Source: Parcubacteria group bacterium 21-54-25
GTDB lineage: Bacteria > Patescibacteriota > Minisyncoccia > Phycocordibacterales > Phycocordibacteraceae
NCBI GenBank assembly: GCA_002255585.1
Contig: NCBJ01000001.1
Span: 49,987-113,986 of the forward strand
DNA: 64,000 nucleotides
Direction: 5' to 3'
Below the pieces are notes generated by a model. The model had not been told where the DNA came from and ran no database searches. It saw only the letters and a program-made list of their open reading frames with translations. Position 1 is the first letter of the stretch; every line of letters begins with the position of its first letter. The position numbers and the translations under genes were made by a program. Shown piece after piece: positions 17,339 through 27,549 of this stretch.

Positions 17339-18027
17339 TGCCTGACTTCACTTCATACGCAAAACAGCTCGGTCTATCATTTGATCATATCGACCTGTTC
17401 GTTGAGGCGCTTACGCATCGTTCATACCTGAACGAAAACCGGAGCGTCGTACACAGTCACAACGAACGCCTTGAGTTTTTAGGCGATGCGGTGCTTGAAC
17501 TTGTCGTCACACACTTTCTTTTTATGAAATTTCCGGAGAAGCCGGAGGGCGAACTAACCGCCTATCGCGCTGCGCTCGTTAACACACAGTCGCTTGCGTC
17601 GTCTGCCGAAGCACTGGGAGTAAATGACATGCTGCTCTTGTCAAAGGGGGAGGCGAAAGACACCGGTCGCGCGCGGCAAATTATTCTTGCCAATGCTTTT
17701 GAGGCGATCGTGGGAGCCGTCTACCTCGATCGAGGATATGCTGCTGCGGCGCATTTTATCGCTGCTACCATTCACCCAAAAATAGATGCGGTGGTCGCCG
17801 GGCGCCTCTGGCAAGATGCGAAGAGTCGCTTTCAGGAAGTGGCGCAAGAGCAGCACGGCGTGACGCCGCGCTACGAAACACTTGGTGAAGAAGGTCCTGA
17901 TCACGACAAACATTTCACCATCGGGGTGTTTCTTAAAGCAGAGCAGATTGCACTAGGCTTCGGCAAGTCAAAACAGGAAGCAGAACAAGACGCCGCACGC
18001 GTTGCGTTACAGAAAACCGGCTGGTAG
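17338..18027 (+). CDS. rnc: Ribonuclease III
   Basis: Signature ERLEFLGDAVLELVV. C-terminal dsRBD (KSRFQEVAQEQHGVTPRYETL...GKSKQEAEQDAARVAL). Confidence 0.9.
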   Translation: MPDFTSYAKQLGLSFDHIDLFVEALTHRSYLNENRSVVHSHNERLEFLGDAVLELVVTHFLFMKFPEKPEGELTAYRAALVNTQSLASSAEALGVNDMLLLSKGEAKDTGRARQIILANAFEAIVGAVYLDRGYAAAAHFIAATIHPKIDAVVAGRLWQDAKSRFQEVAQEQHGVTPRYETLGEEGPDHDKHFTIGVFLKAEQIALGFGKSKQEAEQDAARVALQKTGW

Positions 18028-18092
18028 CGGCAACGTTGTGTCGCCCGCGCGCCATCTTTAGCCGCTCTTGGGTAATACGGTATACTTTTAGC

Positions 18093-20303
18093 ATGCTTAA
18101 GCGACTTGAGATTGCGGGATTTAAATCATTTGCACGAAAGACCGTGCTTGATTTTTCTTCTTCCGTGACGGCAATCGTGGGACCAAACGGATCGGGAAAA
18201 TCAAACGTGGCTGAAGCGTTTCGTTTTGCGCTCGGTGAGCAATCCATGAAGAGCATGCGTGGCAAGCGGAGCGAGGATCTCATCTTTAGCGGATCGCACT
18301 CTGCAGCACGCACTAATCGCGCCGCAGTGGCTATCGTTTTTGATAATTCACGCCGACTCTTTGCGCTCGATTTTGATGAGGTGTCCATCGAACGCGCGGT
18401 CTTTCGCGACGGTACGAGTGAGTATTTTATAAATGGTTCCAAGACGCGCCTACGTGATGTTCAGGAGCTTTTGGCGCGCGCCAATATCGGTGAGAGCGGG
18501 CACCACATTATTTCACAGGGCGAGGCAGACCGTATTTTGCTCGCCTCGCCGCGCGATCGCCGCTCGACGCTTGAGGACGCACTCGGTTTGAAGGTCTATG
18601 AGTTTAAAAAACAGGACGCGATACGCAAGCTAGAAAAGACCGAAGAAAATATTTCTCACGTTGAGGCATTACGCCGTGAACTCGCACCGCACCTACGTTT
18701 CCTCGGCAAACAGGTGGAGAAGCTTGAGCACGCCGCGCAGTTGAGGAGTGCGCTCGCTCAGGCAGCGTGCGAATATTTTTCCATTGAAGACATTTACATA
18801 GAAAAAGAAAAATTTCGCGTTGCAGCTGCGGAAGCGTCTGCAACCGAACAGCTTGCCGTTGCTTCTGCGGAATTGTCCGCGCTTGAAAAACACGCTGCGG
18901 GCGATGCGCAAGGCATGGCGCACCTGCGCACCGTGCGCGCAGCCGAAGCGGCACTTGAAACAGCAACCAGTACACGCGCAGCACTTTCTCGCGAGATCGG
19001 GCGGATTGAGGGTGCGCTCGCAGAGACGAAGAAGCGCGCACATGCCGTAACGCAAGACCCATATGCAAAAGTGCCGCGCGCCGACATTGCGGCGCTTCAC
19101 GATGAGATTGAGCGCCAAGCCGAAGATGTTTCGGGCGAACCGGAAGCGCTTGCCGCAGCCCTCTCGGCTATTCGTGTGGCAGGGCGCGCGTTTTTCGAGC
19201 GTTTTGCCGTATCCAAGGACGACTATTTGGCTGATGAGGAGCGTGCACTGCATGCGCTTGAGGAAGAGCGAGAAATGCACACCGCAAAAGATGCGGCACT
19301 TGCCGAAGAAGTGGAGCATGCACGCATGGCGCTTGCACGTGCACGCGAGGAATCCATCGCGCACGACGAAGCCGGTCGTGAAGGACAGCGACGCCTCATT
19401 GACCTTGCACAAACACAGGCACATGCTGAAGCGGAAGTAGCGCGCCTCTCTGTACGTCGTGCCGAAATCACGCACCTTGCCGAAGAATGTGAACTCGGCA
19501 AACAGGATGTAGCCGCACTTGCGGGTCCCGCAGTGCTTTCATATGCGCCGCGTATGGATATGCCGGATGAACCACGCACCGTACAAGAAACTCGCCGCCG
19601 CACGCTCGAGCGCCTTAAAATTCGTCTCGAAGAATCCGGCGGAACCGGCGAAGATATCCGTCGAGAGTTTGAAGAAGTGTCCGAGCGTGAACAGTTTCTC
19701 GCGCGCGAGCTCGCTGACCTCGCGCAATCGGCGAGCGGCTTGAAGGCGCTCATTGCCGACTTGGACGCCGAACTCGCAAAACATTTTGCTGAGGGGCTTG
19801 CGAGTGTGAATCAATTTTTTGGAGAGTTCTTTTCACTTATGTTTGGTGGCGGCGATGCACGACTCATTCTTGAAGAACCAGCGGCGGTTAGAAGTGACGA
19901 GGACGCAGAAGATTCAAATGAGGATGCGCACGTGCGTGCCGTGGATCGACCAGGCATTGAGGTGTCGGTACATTTGCCAAAGAAGCGCGTGCAGGCACTC
20001 ATGCAACTTTCCGGCGGTGAGCGGGCGCTTACTTCTATCGCGCTTATTTTTGCCATGAGTCAGGTGAATCCGCCGCCATTTTTGATACTTGACGAGACCG
20101 ACGCAGCGCTTGATGAAGCGAACAGTCGTCGCTATGGCGACATGATTGAGACGCTTGCCAAGCGCTCGCAACTGATCGTCATTACGCATAATCGCGAGAC
20201 GATGAGTCGCGCGAACATTCTTTACGGGGTCACGATGGGTGGCGACGGCGTTTCCAAACTCCTCTCCGTGAAATTCGACGAAGCCGTGGCCGTAGCGAAA
20301 TAG
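18093..20303 (+). CDS. smc: SMC-family chromosome segregation ATPase, short form (about 736 aa)
   Basis: N-terminal head MLKRLEIAGFKSFARKTVLDF...IVGPNGSGKSNVAEAFRFALGEQS. C-terminal head LSGGERALTSIALIFAM...FLILDETDAALDEANSRRYGDMIETLAKRSQLIVITHN. Conserved rnc-smc linkage. The coiled-coil region is only about 450 aa. Confidence 0.8.
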   Translation: MLKRLEIAGFKSFARKTVLDFSSSVTAIVGPNGSGKSNVAEAFRFALGEQSMKSMRGKRSEDLIFSGSHSAARTNRAAVAIVFDNSRRLFALDFDEVSIERAVFRDGTSEYFINGSKTRLRDVQELLARANIGESGHHIISQGEADRILLASPRDRRSTLEDALGLKVYEFKKQDAIRKLEKTEENISHVEALRRELAPHLRFLGKQVEKLEHAAQLRSALAQAACEYFSIEDIYIEKEKFRVAAAEASATEQLAVASAELSALEKHAAGDAQGMAHLRTVRAAEAALETATSTRAALSREIGRIEGALAETKKRAHAVTQDPYAKVPRADIAALHDEIERQAEDVSGEPEALAAALSAIRVAGRAFFERFAVSKDDYLADEERALHALEEEREMHTAKDAALAEEVEHARMALARAREESIAHDEAGREGQRRLIDLAQTQAHAEAEVARLSVRRAEITHLAEECELGKQDVAALAGPAVLSYAPRMDMPDEPRTVQETRRRTLERLKIRLEESGGTGEDIRREFEEVSEREQFLARELADLAQSASGLKALIADLDAELAKHFAEGLASVNQFFGEFFSLMFGGGDARLILEEPAAVRSDEDAEDSNEDAHVRAVDRPGIEVSVHLPKKRVQALMQLSGGERALTSIALIFAMSQVNPPPFLILDETDAALDEANSRRYGDMIETLAKRSQLIVITHNRETMSRANILYGVTMGGDGVSKLLSVKFDEAVAVAK

Positions 20304-20350
20304 ACGTGCATTTTTGATGGAGGCGCGTGCGATGCGGTATGATTAGGGTG

Positions 20351-21022
20351 ATGCGTACTCGCACAGCTATACTCGTCATTACTTTCTTCGCCATCATCGG
20401 CGCAGTGTTTGTCGAGGTGACCATAACGCGTACGAGCGCCATTTCACCTACGCCTTCTTTGCTGACCGCGACTTCGACCGCGACACTCTCGACGCCGCAG
20501 ATTACTTTTCCATTTCCTACAAACTACGGCCTGGCTACTACCCAAGAGCAGATTCTCGCAAAAGCGTACATTCCGCCCTGCAACGAGCCGTTCAACTACT
20601 GCCTCTACTACAATGGCAGCGCATATAAGGGCACAAATTTTGAGAGCGCGGGCTTGCGTATTGAACGCCGCAGCGACCTTACCACCAGCGAGTCGTGTCT
20701 CACGACGCCGCCCGCGAACCGCTCGCGCCTCTCTGCCACTACGACGCCGCACACTGGCTACGCCACGAGCGTGTTTTCGCCGCTTGGTGACGCAGCCGCG
20801 GGACACTATGCAAATGGCGCACTCTACCGACTCTTTTTCAATGGCACCTGCTATGAGTTTGAGACGCGCGTCGGTGAGACGCAGTTCGCAAACTATCCTC
20901 CCGGAGCGATACAGAAGTTCACTGACGCCAATCGGCAAGCCGTGTTTGCCGGCCTGCAATCGATACTCGACCGCGTGACTATTACCAGCACCGGAGCAAG
21001 GGTGCAATTCCCCGCGTCCTAG
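20351..21022 (+). CDS. Membrane-anchored/secreted hypothetical protein
   Basis: N-terminal TM/signal segment MRTRTAILVITFFAIIGAVFV, then a Thr/Ser-rich segment. No known domain recognised. Confidence 0.45.
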   Translation: MRTRTAILVITFFAIIGAVFVEVTITRTSAISPTPSLLTATSTATLSTPQITFPFPTNYGLATTQEQILAKAYIPPCNEPFNYCLYYNGSAYKGTNFESAGLRIERRSDLTTSESCLTTPPANRSRLSATTTPHTGYATSVFSPLGDAAAGHYANGALYRLFFNGTCYEFETRVGETQFANYPPGAIQKFTDANRQAVFAGLQSILDRVTITSTGARVQFPAS

Positions 21023-21055
21023 CGGCGTGCGCTTGGCGTGGTACTGTACGTGTGC

Positions 21056-21772
21056 ATGGCAGCGATTATTTTTGATATTGAAACTATTGGTGAAGACTTC
21101 ACCGCACTCGATGAGACTACGCAGGAAGGGCTCACGCGCTGGATTCGCAAAGAGCACGCCAAAGACGACGCGGCGTATGCCGTGGCACTCGAGGATATAA
21201 AAAACGGCCTCGGCTTTTCACCGCTCACGGGAGAGATTGTTGCCATTGGTATGCTCGAGGGCGAGCGTGATCGCGGTGCGGTGTATTACCAAGCGCCCGG
21301 AGAAAACAAGAAAGATTTCGAACAAGATGGAATCACATTTAAACAAATGACCGAGAAGGACATGCTCGCGCAGTTTTGGGAGGTGGCGAGCCATTGCGAT
21401 GAGTTCGTAACGTTTAACGGCCGCAGTTTTGACGTGCCGTTTCTCATGATCCGGTCAGCCGTGCACGGTATTCGACCTACCAAAAATCTCCTTAAGGGAC
21501 GCTACTTGTACCAACAAAATACGAACGCACGACATATTGACCTGTTAGATCAACTTACATTCGAAGGAGCGGTTTGGCGGAACAAGGGTACGTTGCACCT
21601 ATACTGTCGGGCGTTTGGCATAGAGAGTCCTAAGGCGGGCGGTGTGACCGGCGATGACGTCGCGACCCTTTTCCAGGAGAAGCGTTTCGTGGACATTGCG
21701 ACATATAATGTCGGCGACATTCGCGCCACTAAAGCGCTCTACGAGAAATGGCGCGACTATCTAAAACCATGA
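21056..21772 (+). CDS. Predicted 3'-5' exonuclease, RNase H-like (PolB-exonuclease-like, PF10108-type)
   Basis: AAIIFDIETIG is the exo I DxE motif. Further acidic motifs are FNGRSFDVPFL and YNVGDIRAT. Confidence 0.55.
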   Translation: MAAIIFDIETIGEDFTALDETTQEGLTRWIRKEHAKDDAAYAVALEDIKNGLGFSPLTGEIVAIGMLEGERDRGAVYYQAPGENKKDFEQDGITFKQMTEKDMLAQFWEVASHCDEFVTFNGRSFDVPFLMIRSAVHGIRPTKNLLKGRYLYQQNTNARHIDLLDQLTFEGAVWRNKGTLHLYCRAFGIESPKAGGVTGDDVATLFQEKRFVDIATYNVGDIRATKALYEKWRDYLKP

Positions 21773-21899
21773 ATCATGCTACCGACAGGTACATACCGCG
21801 CTCTGCGCGCGGGAACTGCAAAAAGTTCGCGCTCCTGGCCGCCCGGCAAAAACATATTTATTTTTTCCCGACGCTTGCGTCGGCCGCTTGCACGATGCT

Positions 21900-23612
21900 A
21901 TGACCCAACAAAATGCTCTCGACATTTTGAAGACGGGCGCGAATGTGTTTCTCACCGGCGAGCCGGGGAGTGGGAAGACGCACACCGTCAACTTGTTCGT
22001 GGCGTGGCTCAGAGAGCACGGCGTGGAGCCAGCAATCACCGCATCAACCGGCATCGCCGCCACACACATACACGGCCTAACCGTCCATTCTTGGAGCGGT
22101 ATTGGCGTACAGCGTGATCTTTCCGCAGAAGATCTTGACCGCATCGCACAAAAAGAGCACGTAGTGCGTCGTGTGCGAAAGACGCACGTGCTCATCATCG
22201 ACGAAATTTCTATGCTCTCAGCCGATACTCTCGCGATGGTCGATGCGGTGTGTCGGGAAGTACGCCGCGACAGCCGATCGTTTGGCGGCATGCAGGTCGT
22301 GCTGGTGGGCGACTTCTTTCAGCTGCCACCAATTACACGGTCCGCTAGCAGCAATACGCGTGTACAGGGCGATTTGCTCATGCGCGGTGACCCTGAGAGC
22401 GTATTCGCGTTTTCCGGTGAGGTCTGGCATCGATTAAACCCGCTCGTGTGTTATCTCACCGAGCAGTACCGTCAGGAAGACGCCGCGTTTCTTGACGTGC
22501 TGTCGGCAATACGGAGCGGTACCGTGACGGCCGAGCACGAAGCGCTGCTTACCGATCGTCGTGTCGAACCCGCAGACGAGGTGCCGGCACTCTTCCCGCA
22601 CAATGCGAACGTCGATCGCGTGAACGACGCCGCACTCGCAAAACTGCCCGGCACTGCACGACACTTTGCTATGGAGCGTTCTGGACCTGACGTACTTACC
22701 GATGCACTCGTACGCGGATGTCTTTCGCCCGAGACGCTTGCGCTCAAGGAACGCGCACGCGTCATGTTTACGAAAAATAATCCAGCCGAAGGGTTTGCCA
22801 ACGGCACGCTCGGTATGGTAGTTGGGTTCGACCACGGTCAGCCAGCGGTTGAAATGCGTAACGGCCGCACGATTACCGTAGCGCCGATGGAATGGGTCGT
22901 CGAAGAGGGCGGTAAAATACGCGCCAAAATTACCCAAGTGCCGCTACGGCTTGCGTGGGCTATTACGGTCCATAAGAGTCAGGGCATGTCGCTTGACGCG
23001 GCACACGTCGACCTTGCGCATGCATTTGAATATGGTCAGGGTTACGTAGCACTATCGCGCGTGCGATCGCTTGCAGGCCTCACCTTAGCCGGGCTTAATC
23101 GCCGCGCGCTTGAGGTGCACCCCGGTATCCTTGAAAAGGATTCGGTATTTCGCGAGCAGTCTGCGGCTGCCCAAGCGACATTTATCGACCTTTCAGAAAA
23201 AGAACTCGCGACAATGCATGCGCGCTTTCTGAAGGCGATGGGTGGCAGCATCGAGGTGCTGAGCAAGGAAGAACAACACGCGGCCACCGGTCCGCGCGAA
23301 GACCCAATTCAAGCCACCCTCGCGCTTTTACGCACAGGCCACAGCATCGAAGAAATTGCCGCGCTGCGCGCACGAAAACAAAGCACCATTATTACGCACA
23401 TCGAGCACCTTCATGACGCAGGCGCACTCTCGTATGCCGATGTCGCACACTTGCTGCGTGGACGCGAGGAAGACATTGAGACGGCACACACTGCGTTTAC
23501 GCTCTTAGGAACGGAACGGCTCGCGCCCGTTTTCTCAAAATTACACAAGAGTATCTCGTACGACACGCTACATCTTGCGCGCGTACTGTTTCTGTTGAAG
23601 GACAAACCATAG
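21900..23612 (+). CDS. Pif1/RecD-family ATP-dependent DNA helicase with C-terminal HTH domain
   Basis: Walker A GEPGSGKTH, Walker B LIIDEISM, and VLVGDFFQLPP, the Pif1 signature region. C-terminal HTH-like ATLALLRTGHSIEEIAALRARKQSTIITHIEHL. Confidence 0.75.
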   Translation: MTQQNALDILKTGANVFLTGEPGSGKTHTVNLFVAWLREHGVEPAITASTGIAATHIHGLTVHSWSGIGVQRDLSAEDLDRIAQKEHVVRRVRKTHVLIIDEISMLSADTLAMVDAVCREVRRDSRSFGGMQVVLVGDFFQLPPITRSASSNTRVQGDLLMRGDPESVFAFSGEVWHRLNPLVCYLTEQYRQEDAAFLDVLSAIRSGTVTAEHEALLTDRRVEPADEVPALFPHNANVDRVNDAALAKLPGTARHFAMERSGPDVLTDALVRGCLSPETLALKERARVMFTKNNPAEGFANGTLGMVVGFDHGQPAVEMRNGRTITVAPMEWVVEEGGKIRAKITQVPLRLAWAITVHKSQGMSLDAAHVDLAHAFEYGQGYVALSRVRSLAGLTLAGLNRRALEVHPGILEKDSVFREQSAAAQATFIDLSEKELATMHARFLKAMGGSIEVLSKEEQHAATGPREDPIQATLALLRTGHSIEEIAALRARKQSTIITHIEHLHDAGALSYADVAHLLRGREEDIETAHTAFTLLGTERLAPVFSKLHKSISYDTLHLARVLFLLKDKP

Positions 23613-23710
23613 CGGGCCACTCTCGACCCCACTCATTGAGCGAGACGGTGTATATCGTGCTGCCGCAGAAAATTAGACCGCGCACTGGCCGTGTGTACGT
23701 GTCGCGCGTG

Positions 23711-23739
23711 TTGACAGAGCGCGGCGGTGCGCGTATCCT
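23711..23739 (+). promoter_or_regulatory. Candidate sigma70-type promoter upstream of 23S rRNA (TTGACA-17 nt-TATCCT)
   Basis: Sequence match only. Confidence 0.3.
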
Positions 23740-24517
23740 GTGGGGACGTGTTTACGGCAATAGAAAGACCCACATAAAGAGAGCGGATAGGCCGCAGGCC
23801 TCAGCATGCAAATGCAACCGCTCCTTGGCGGTTTTTTCTTTTTTGCACGGGGAACACGAGACCTTTGACAACTGAATACGTATAGGTAATCAAAGTGCAA
23901 ACTGCCAAGCAGTATGCAAATAATGCTTGGCATTCAACGAGAAAATCGTTTTGTGGTGTATAGGTCTCCACGCAGGAGACAGTAAGGGTGCACGGTGGAT
24001 GCCTTGGCTTGCGTAGGCGATGAAGGACGTGATTAGCCGGCGATACGCTTCGGGGAGGTGGCTTTTAACCTTCGATCCGGAGATGTCCGAATGGGGAAAC
24101 CCTCCCGCCATGCGCGGGAACCATACGAGTAACGTCGTATGGAGCGCACCTGGGGAAGTGAAACATCTCAGTACCCAGAGGAAAAGAAAGCAATAGTGAA
24201 CCGTTTTTTATCGGCCCGACTAGTCTGGCTGATAAAAAACGGTTCCCGCGATTCCCTAAGTAGCGGCGAGCGAAACGGGATAAGCCCAAACCCACATGTT
24301 CGCATGTGGGGGTTGTAAGGCAGGAACGCAGTACTTGTACTGGAAGAGTTATCAATCATACTTATAGAAGAAACTGCTGGAAAGCAGTGCCCAAGACGGT
24401 AATAGCCCCGTATTTGAAATGGGTATGACTCTTTCGTTCCTGTTCTTGAGTAGTTCGAGACACGAATAGCTCGAATGAATCTACCAGAACTAACTGGTAA
24501 GGCTACATACTACGCAA

Positions 24518-24563
<46 letters not shown>

Positions 24564-25260
24564 GATGAGGGGAGTGAAATAGAACTGAAACCGTGTACCT
24601 ACAAAGGGTCGGAGCCCATGATTCTTTTGAGTCAGGGTGACGGCGTGCCTATTGAAGAATGAGCCTGCGAGTGTGTGTCTGTTGCATAGCTAAGCCCGTA
24701 ATGGGGTGGAGCTTCAGGGAAACCGAGTGTGAATAGCGCGTCGGTAGCAGACATACGACCCGAAGCCAGATGAGCTTGCCATGAGCAGGGTGAAGTGTGT
24801 CGAAAGACACATGGAGGCCCGAACCCGTTGGTCGTACAACGCCTTGGGATGACTTGTGGTAAGGAGTGAAAAGCTAATCGAATCTGGTAATAGCTGGTTC
24901 TCTCCGAAACAGCTTTTGGGTTGGCGTCGCGTGATCCTTCTGGGGGTAGAGCACTGGAAGGGATGAACAGGGAGAAATCTCGTCATTCCTATCAACCTCC
25001 GAATACCAGAAGTTACAGCGCGGCAGTTAGAAGGCGGGGGCGAAGCTCCGTCGTTCGAAAGGGGAAGAGCCCAGATCGCCAGTTAAGGCCCCAAAATCGA
25101 CGCTCAGTACAAGGTGAGGAAGTAAGAATCCTGAGACAATGAGGATGTTGGCTTAGAAGCAGCCACCATTTAAAGAAAGCGTAACAGCTCACTCATCGAG
25201 GGTTCTTGCGCCGTAAATAATCGGGGTTAAGCGTCGTGCCGAAACTGCGGGTTTGCACAC

Positions 25261-25437
25261 TTCACAGGGGAGGAAACTTCCTAAATGTTCTTCGGGGTGG
25301 CGTTCTTCTACGCGCGGACAAAATCCGCTGCGAGGAGGCCAGAGGTATAGCCCTCACCACCCCGACCACTTTCTTTACGAAAGTGGTCAAGAATTATTGA
25401 GACGAATCTAATCATAATGATTCGCCTCTCCTGTGAA
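25261..25437 (+). other. Intervening-sequence-like expansion in 23S helix 45
   Basis: A 177-nt insertion closed by the long-range stem TTCACAGGGGAGG...CCTCTCCTGTGAA. E. coli has a short helix at this point (around position 1170, a classic IVS site). Confidence 0.5.
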
Positions 25438-26178
25438 GTGTGCAAGCGGTAGGAGAGCGTTCTGTTCCGCTATGAAGGGAAAGGGGTGACCCGTCCTGGA
25501 GCGTACAGAAGTGAGAATGCAGGCACAAGTAACCACAATGCAGGTGAGAACCCTGCACATCGAAAGACTAAGGTTTCCCGGGCCATGACAATCATCCCGG
25601 GGTTAGTCGGACCTAAGGGGATGGCGAAAGCCGCACCCGATGGACACACGGTCAATATTCCGTGACCGCCGCACATGCGAGTGGGGTGACGGACTGCAGT
25701 ACTGACGGCCAGTTATTGGATTCTGGTTGGTTTCGTAAGGGGGCGCTCTAGGTAAATCCGGAGCGCGCATACCCCAAGCGATGCCGCGACTTTCTTCTTC
25801 GGAGGGAGGAAGCGTCAGGAGCGCGGTTCCAAGAAAAACCTCTAAGCTTCAGTGTGCGTGCGACCGTACCGAAAACCGACACAGGTGGTCTGGTCGAGAA
25901 GACTAAGATGAACGAGTGAGAGGTCCTCAAGGAACTCGGCAAACAAGCGGCCGTAACTTCGGGATAAGGCCTGCCCATCGCAAGATGGGCCGCAGCGAAA
26001 GATTTCCTAGCGACTGTTTACCAAAAACACAGCTCCCTGCGAACTCGTAAGAGGAAGTATAGGGGGTGACGCCTGACCAATGCCGGAAGGTCAAGTACGG
26101 GTGGTTACATACTTCGGTGTGTAGCTGGACTGTATAAGCCCCGGTGAATGTCGGCGATAACTATAATCGTCCTAAGGT

Positions 26179-26547
26179 CAGACACACTTTTCAGAAATGA
26201 TAAGCGTGTCTGAGGATTGGGACGATTGTAGGGTAGACAGTAACGTCAGCTGCCTTACTGCACAGCAATGTGCAGATTAATCCACCCATGGCCATATGCT
26301 GGGAAGGGAGTGTCTAGGGCATAATTATTCCTTAGACATGAACGATCAGCAGGAAAGATCGAGAATTGAAGGATAGATTGTGGAATTTACGGATAGAGAA
26401 GGGCTTCAGAAGGAAGATTGCGTACATTAATAGAGCGCATGAATCGCAAGAACCCATCACAATTCTTGAAATCCTCAGAGACTACACGCCATGCCCCCGT
26501 ACACGATGCGGGGTGAAGATATAGTCCAAAGGTTTAAAGGAACCTAG
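26179..26547 (+). mobile_element. Group I intron 1 in 23S rRNA (about 369 nt, no ORF), inserted at CCUAAGGU|AGCGAAAUUCC (around E. coli position 1917)
   Basis: The exon junction restores the universally conserved sequence. The P7 core is CAGAGACTACACG ... AAGATATAGTCC (compare Tetrahymena CAGACUAAAUG ... AAGAUAUAGUC). The 5' exon ends in U and the intron ends in G. Confidence 0.7.
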
Positions 26548-26998
26548 AGCGAAATTCCTTGTCGGGTAAATTCCGACGTGCACGAATGGCGTAACGACTG
26601 GGAAACTGTCTCGAGGACTCGCTCGGTGAAAATGCAATACCGGTGAAGATGCCGGTTACCTGTAGTTAGACGAAAAGACCCCAGGAGCTTTACTGCAGCT
26701 TCGTATTGGGGCTACGTGATACGTGCGTAGCATAGGTGGGAGACTTTGAAGCGTGCCTTTTGGGGTACGTGGAGTCGCCAGTGAAATACCACTCTCGTAT
26801 TGTGTAGTTCCTAACCGTCGGGTGGAACCCCGTCGGGACCGTGCGTGGCAGGCAGTTTTAGTGGGGCGCTATCCTCGAAAGCAGCGCCCATCCGACTAAA
26901 TCCAAAAACAGGAAAATATAAAAAAGGGGGACTATGTGAAGTAATTCACATAAGCAATCTGGCTAAATGCTGGAACATCCGAGAATCTTCAAGTACTC

Positions 26999-27023
26999 AT
27001 TTAGGACACGCCGTGTCCTAAAT
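26999..27023. repeat. Palindrome family 2, copy A (ATTTAGGACACGCCGTGTCCTAAAT), inside intron 2
   Basis: 25-nt perfect inverted repeat. The centre CGCCG is inverted relative to copies B and C. Confidence 0.8.
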
Positions 27024-27178
27024 AGTGAAAATCTTTGAAGTGCGGACAATCAGCAGGGAAGACTCGCAAGAGAACCCTCAGAGACTACACGCCAGACTCC
27101 GCGCATAGCGGATGAAGATATAGTCCGATCTGCATGGCGACATGCAGGCGCAATTTCCTCCCGTGATTGCGCACGCCC

Positions 27179-27203
27179 ATTTAGGACACGGCGTGTCCTA
27201 AAT
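27179..27203. repeat. Palindrome family 2, copy B (ATTTAGGACACGGCGTGTCCTAAAT), inside intron 2
   Basis: Part of the 31-nt hairpin CCCATTTAGGACACGGCGTGTCCTAAATGGG. Confidence 0.8.
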
Positions 27204-27549
27204 GGGGAACACAAGCCTAAAAAGTAACGGAGGAGCCTATTAAGGTCGGCTAGGCGCGAATGGAAACCGTGCCGATAGTGTAATGGCACAAGCCGGCTTA
27301 ACTGCGAGGGGTACATCCCAAGCAGATGCGAAAGCAGAGCATAGTGAACCGATGGTTCGCCTTAGAAGCGGCCAGAGATTAACGGATAAAAGTTACCCTG
27401 GGGATAACAGGCTAGTACCGCCCAAGCGTCCATAGCGACGGCGGTGTTCGGCACCTCGATGTCGGCTCACCTTAGCGCGGGGCTGAAGCAGGTCCCAAGC
27501 GTTTGGCTGTTCGCCAATTAAAAAGGTACGCGAGCTGGGTTCAAACCGT

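Larger units (their letters stand above)
26876..27215 (+). mobile_element. Group I intron 2 in 23S rRNA (about 340 nt, no ORF), inserted in GGGGCGCUAUCCU|CCUAAAAAGUAACGGAGG (just 3' of the P-loop helix, around E. coli 2260)
   Basis: P7 core CAGAGACTACACG ... AAGATATAGTCC is nearly identical to intron 1. The P9 hairpin is CTGCATGGCGACATGCAG. It contains two copies of the 25-nt palindrome ATTTAGGACACG(C/G)CGTGTCCTAAAT. Confidence 0.65.

Noticed and set aside
18693-19475. 260-aa and other minus-strand ORFs inside smc
   Set aside because: They overlap the conserved smc coding frame. The composition is Cys/Arg-rich and typical of antisense frames in GC-rich DNA.
24714-25142. Small ORFs within 23S rRNA (for example 24714-24995 minus, 24921-25142 plus)
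   Set aside because: They lie inside the rRNA gene and are spurious.
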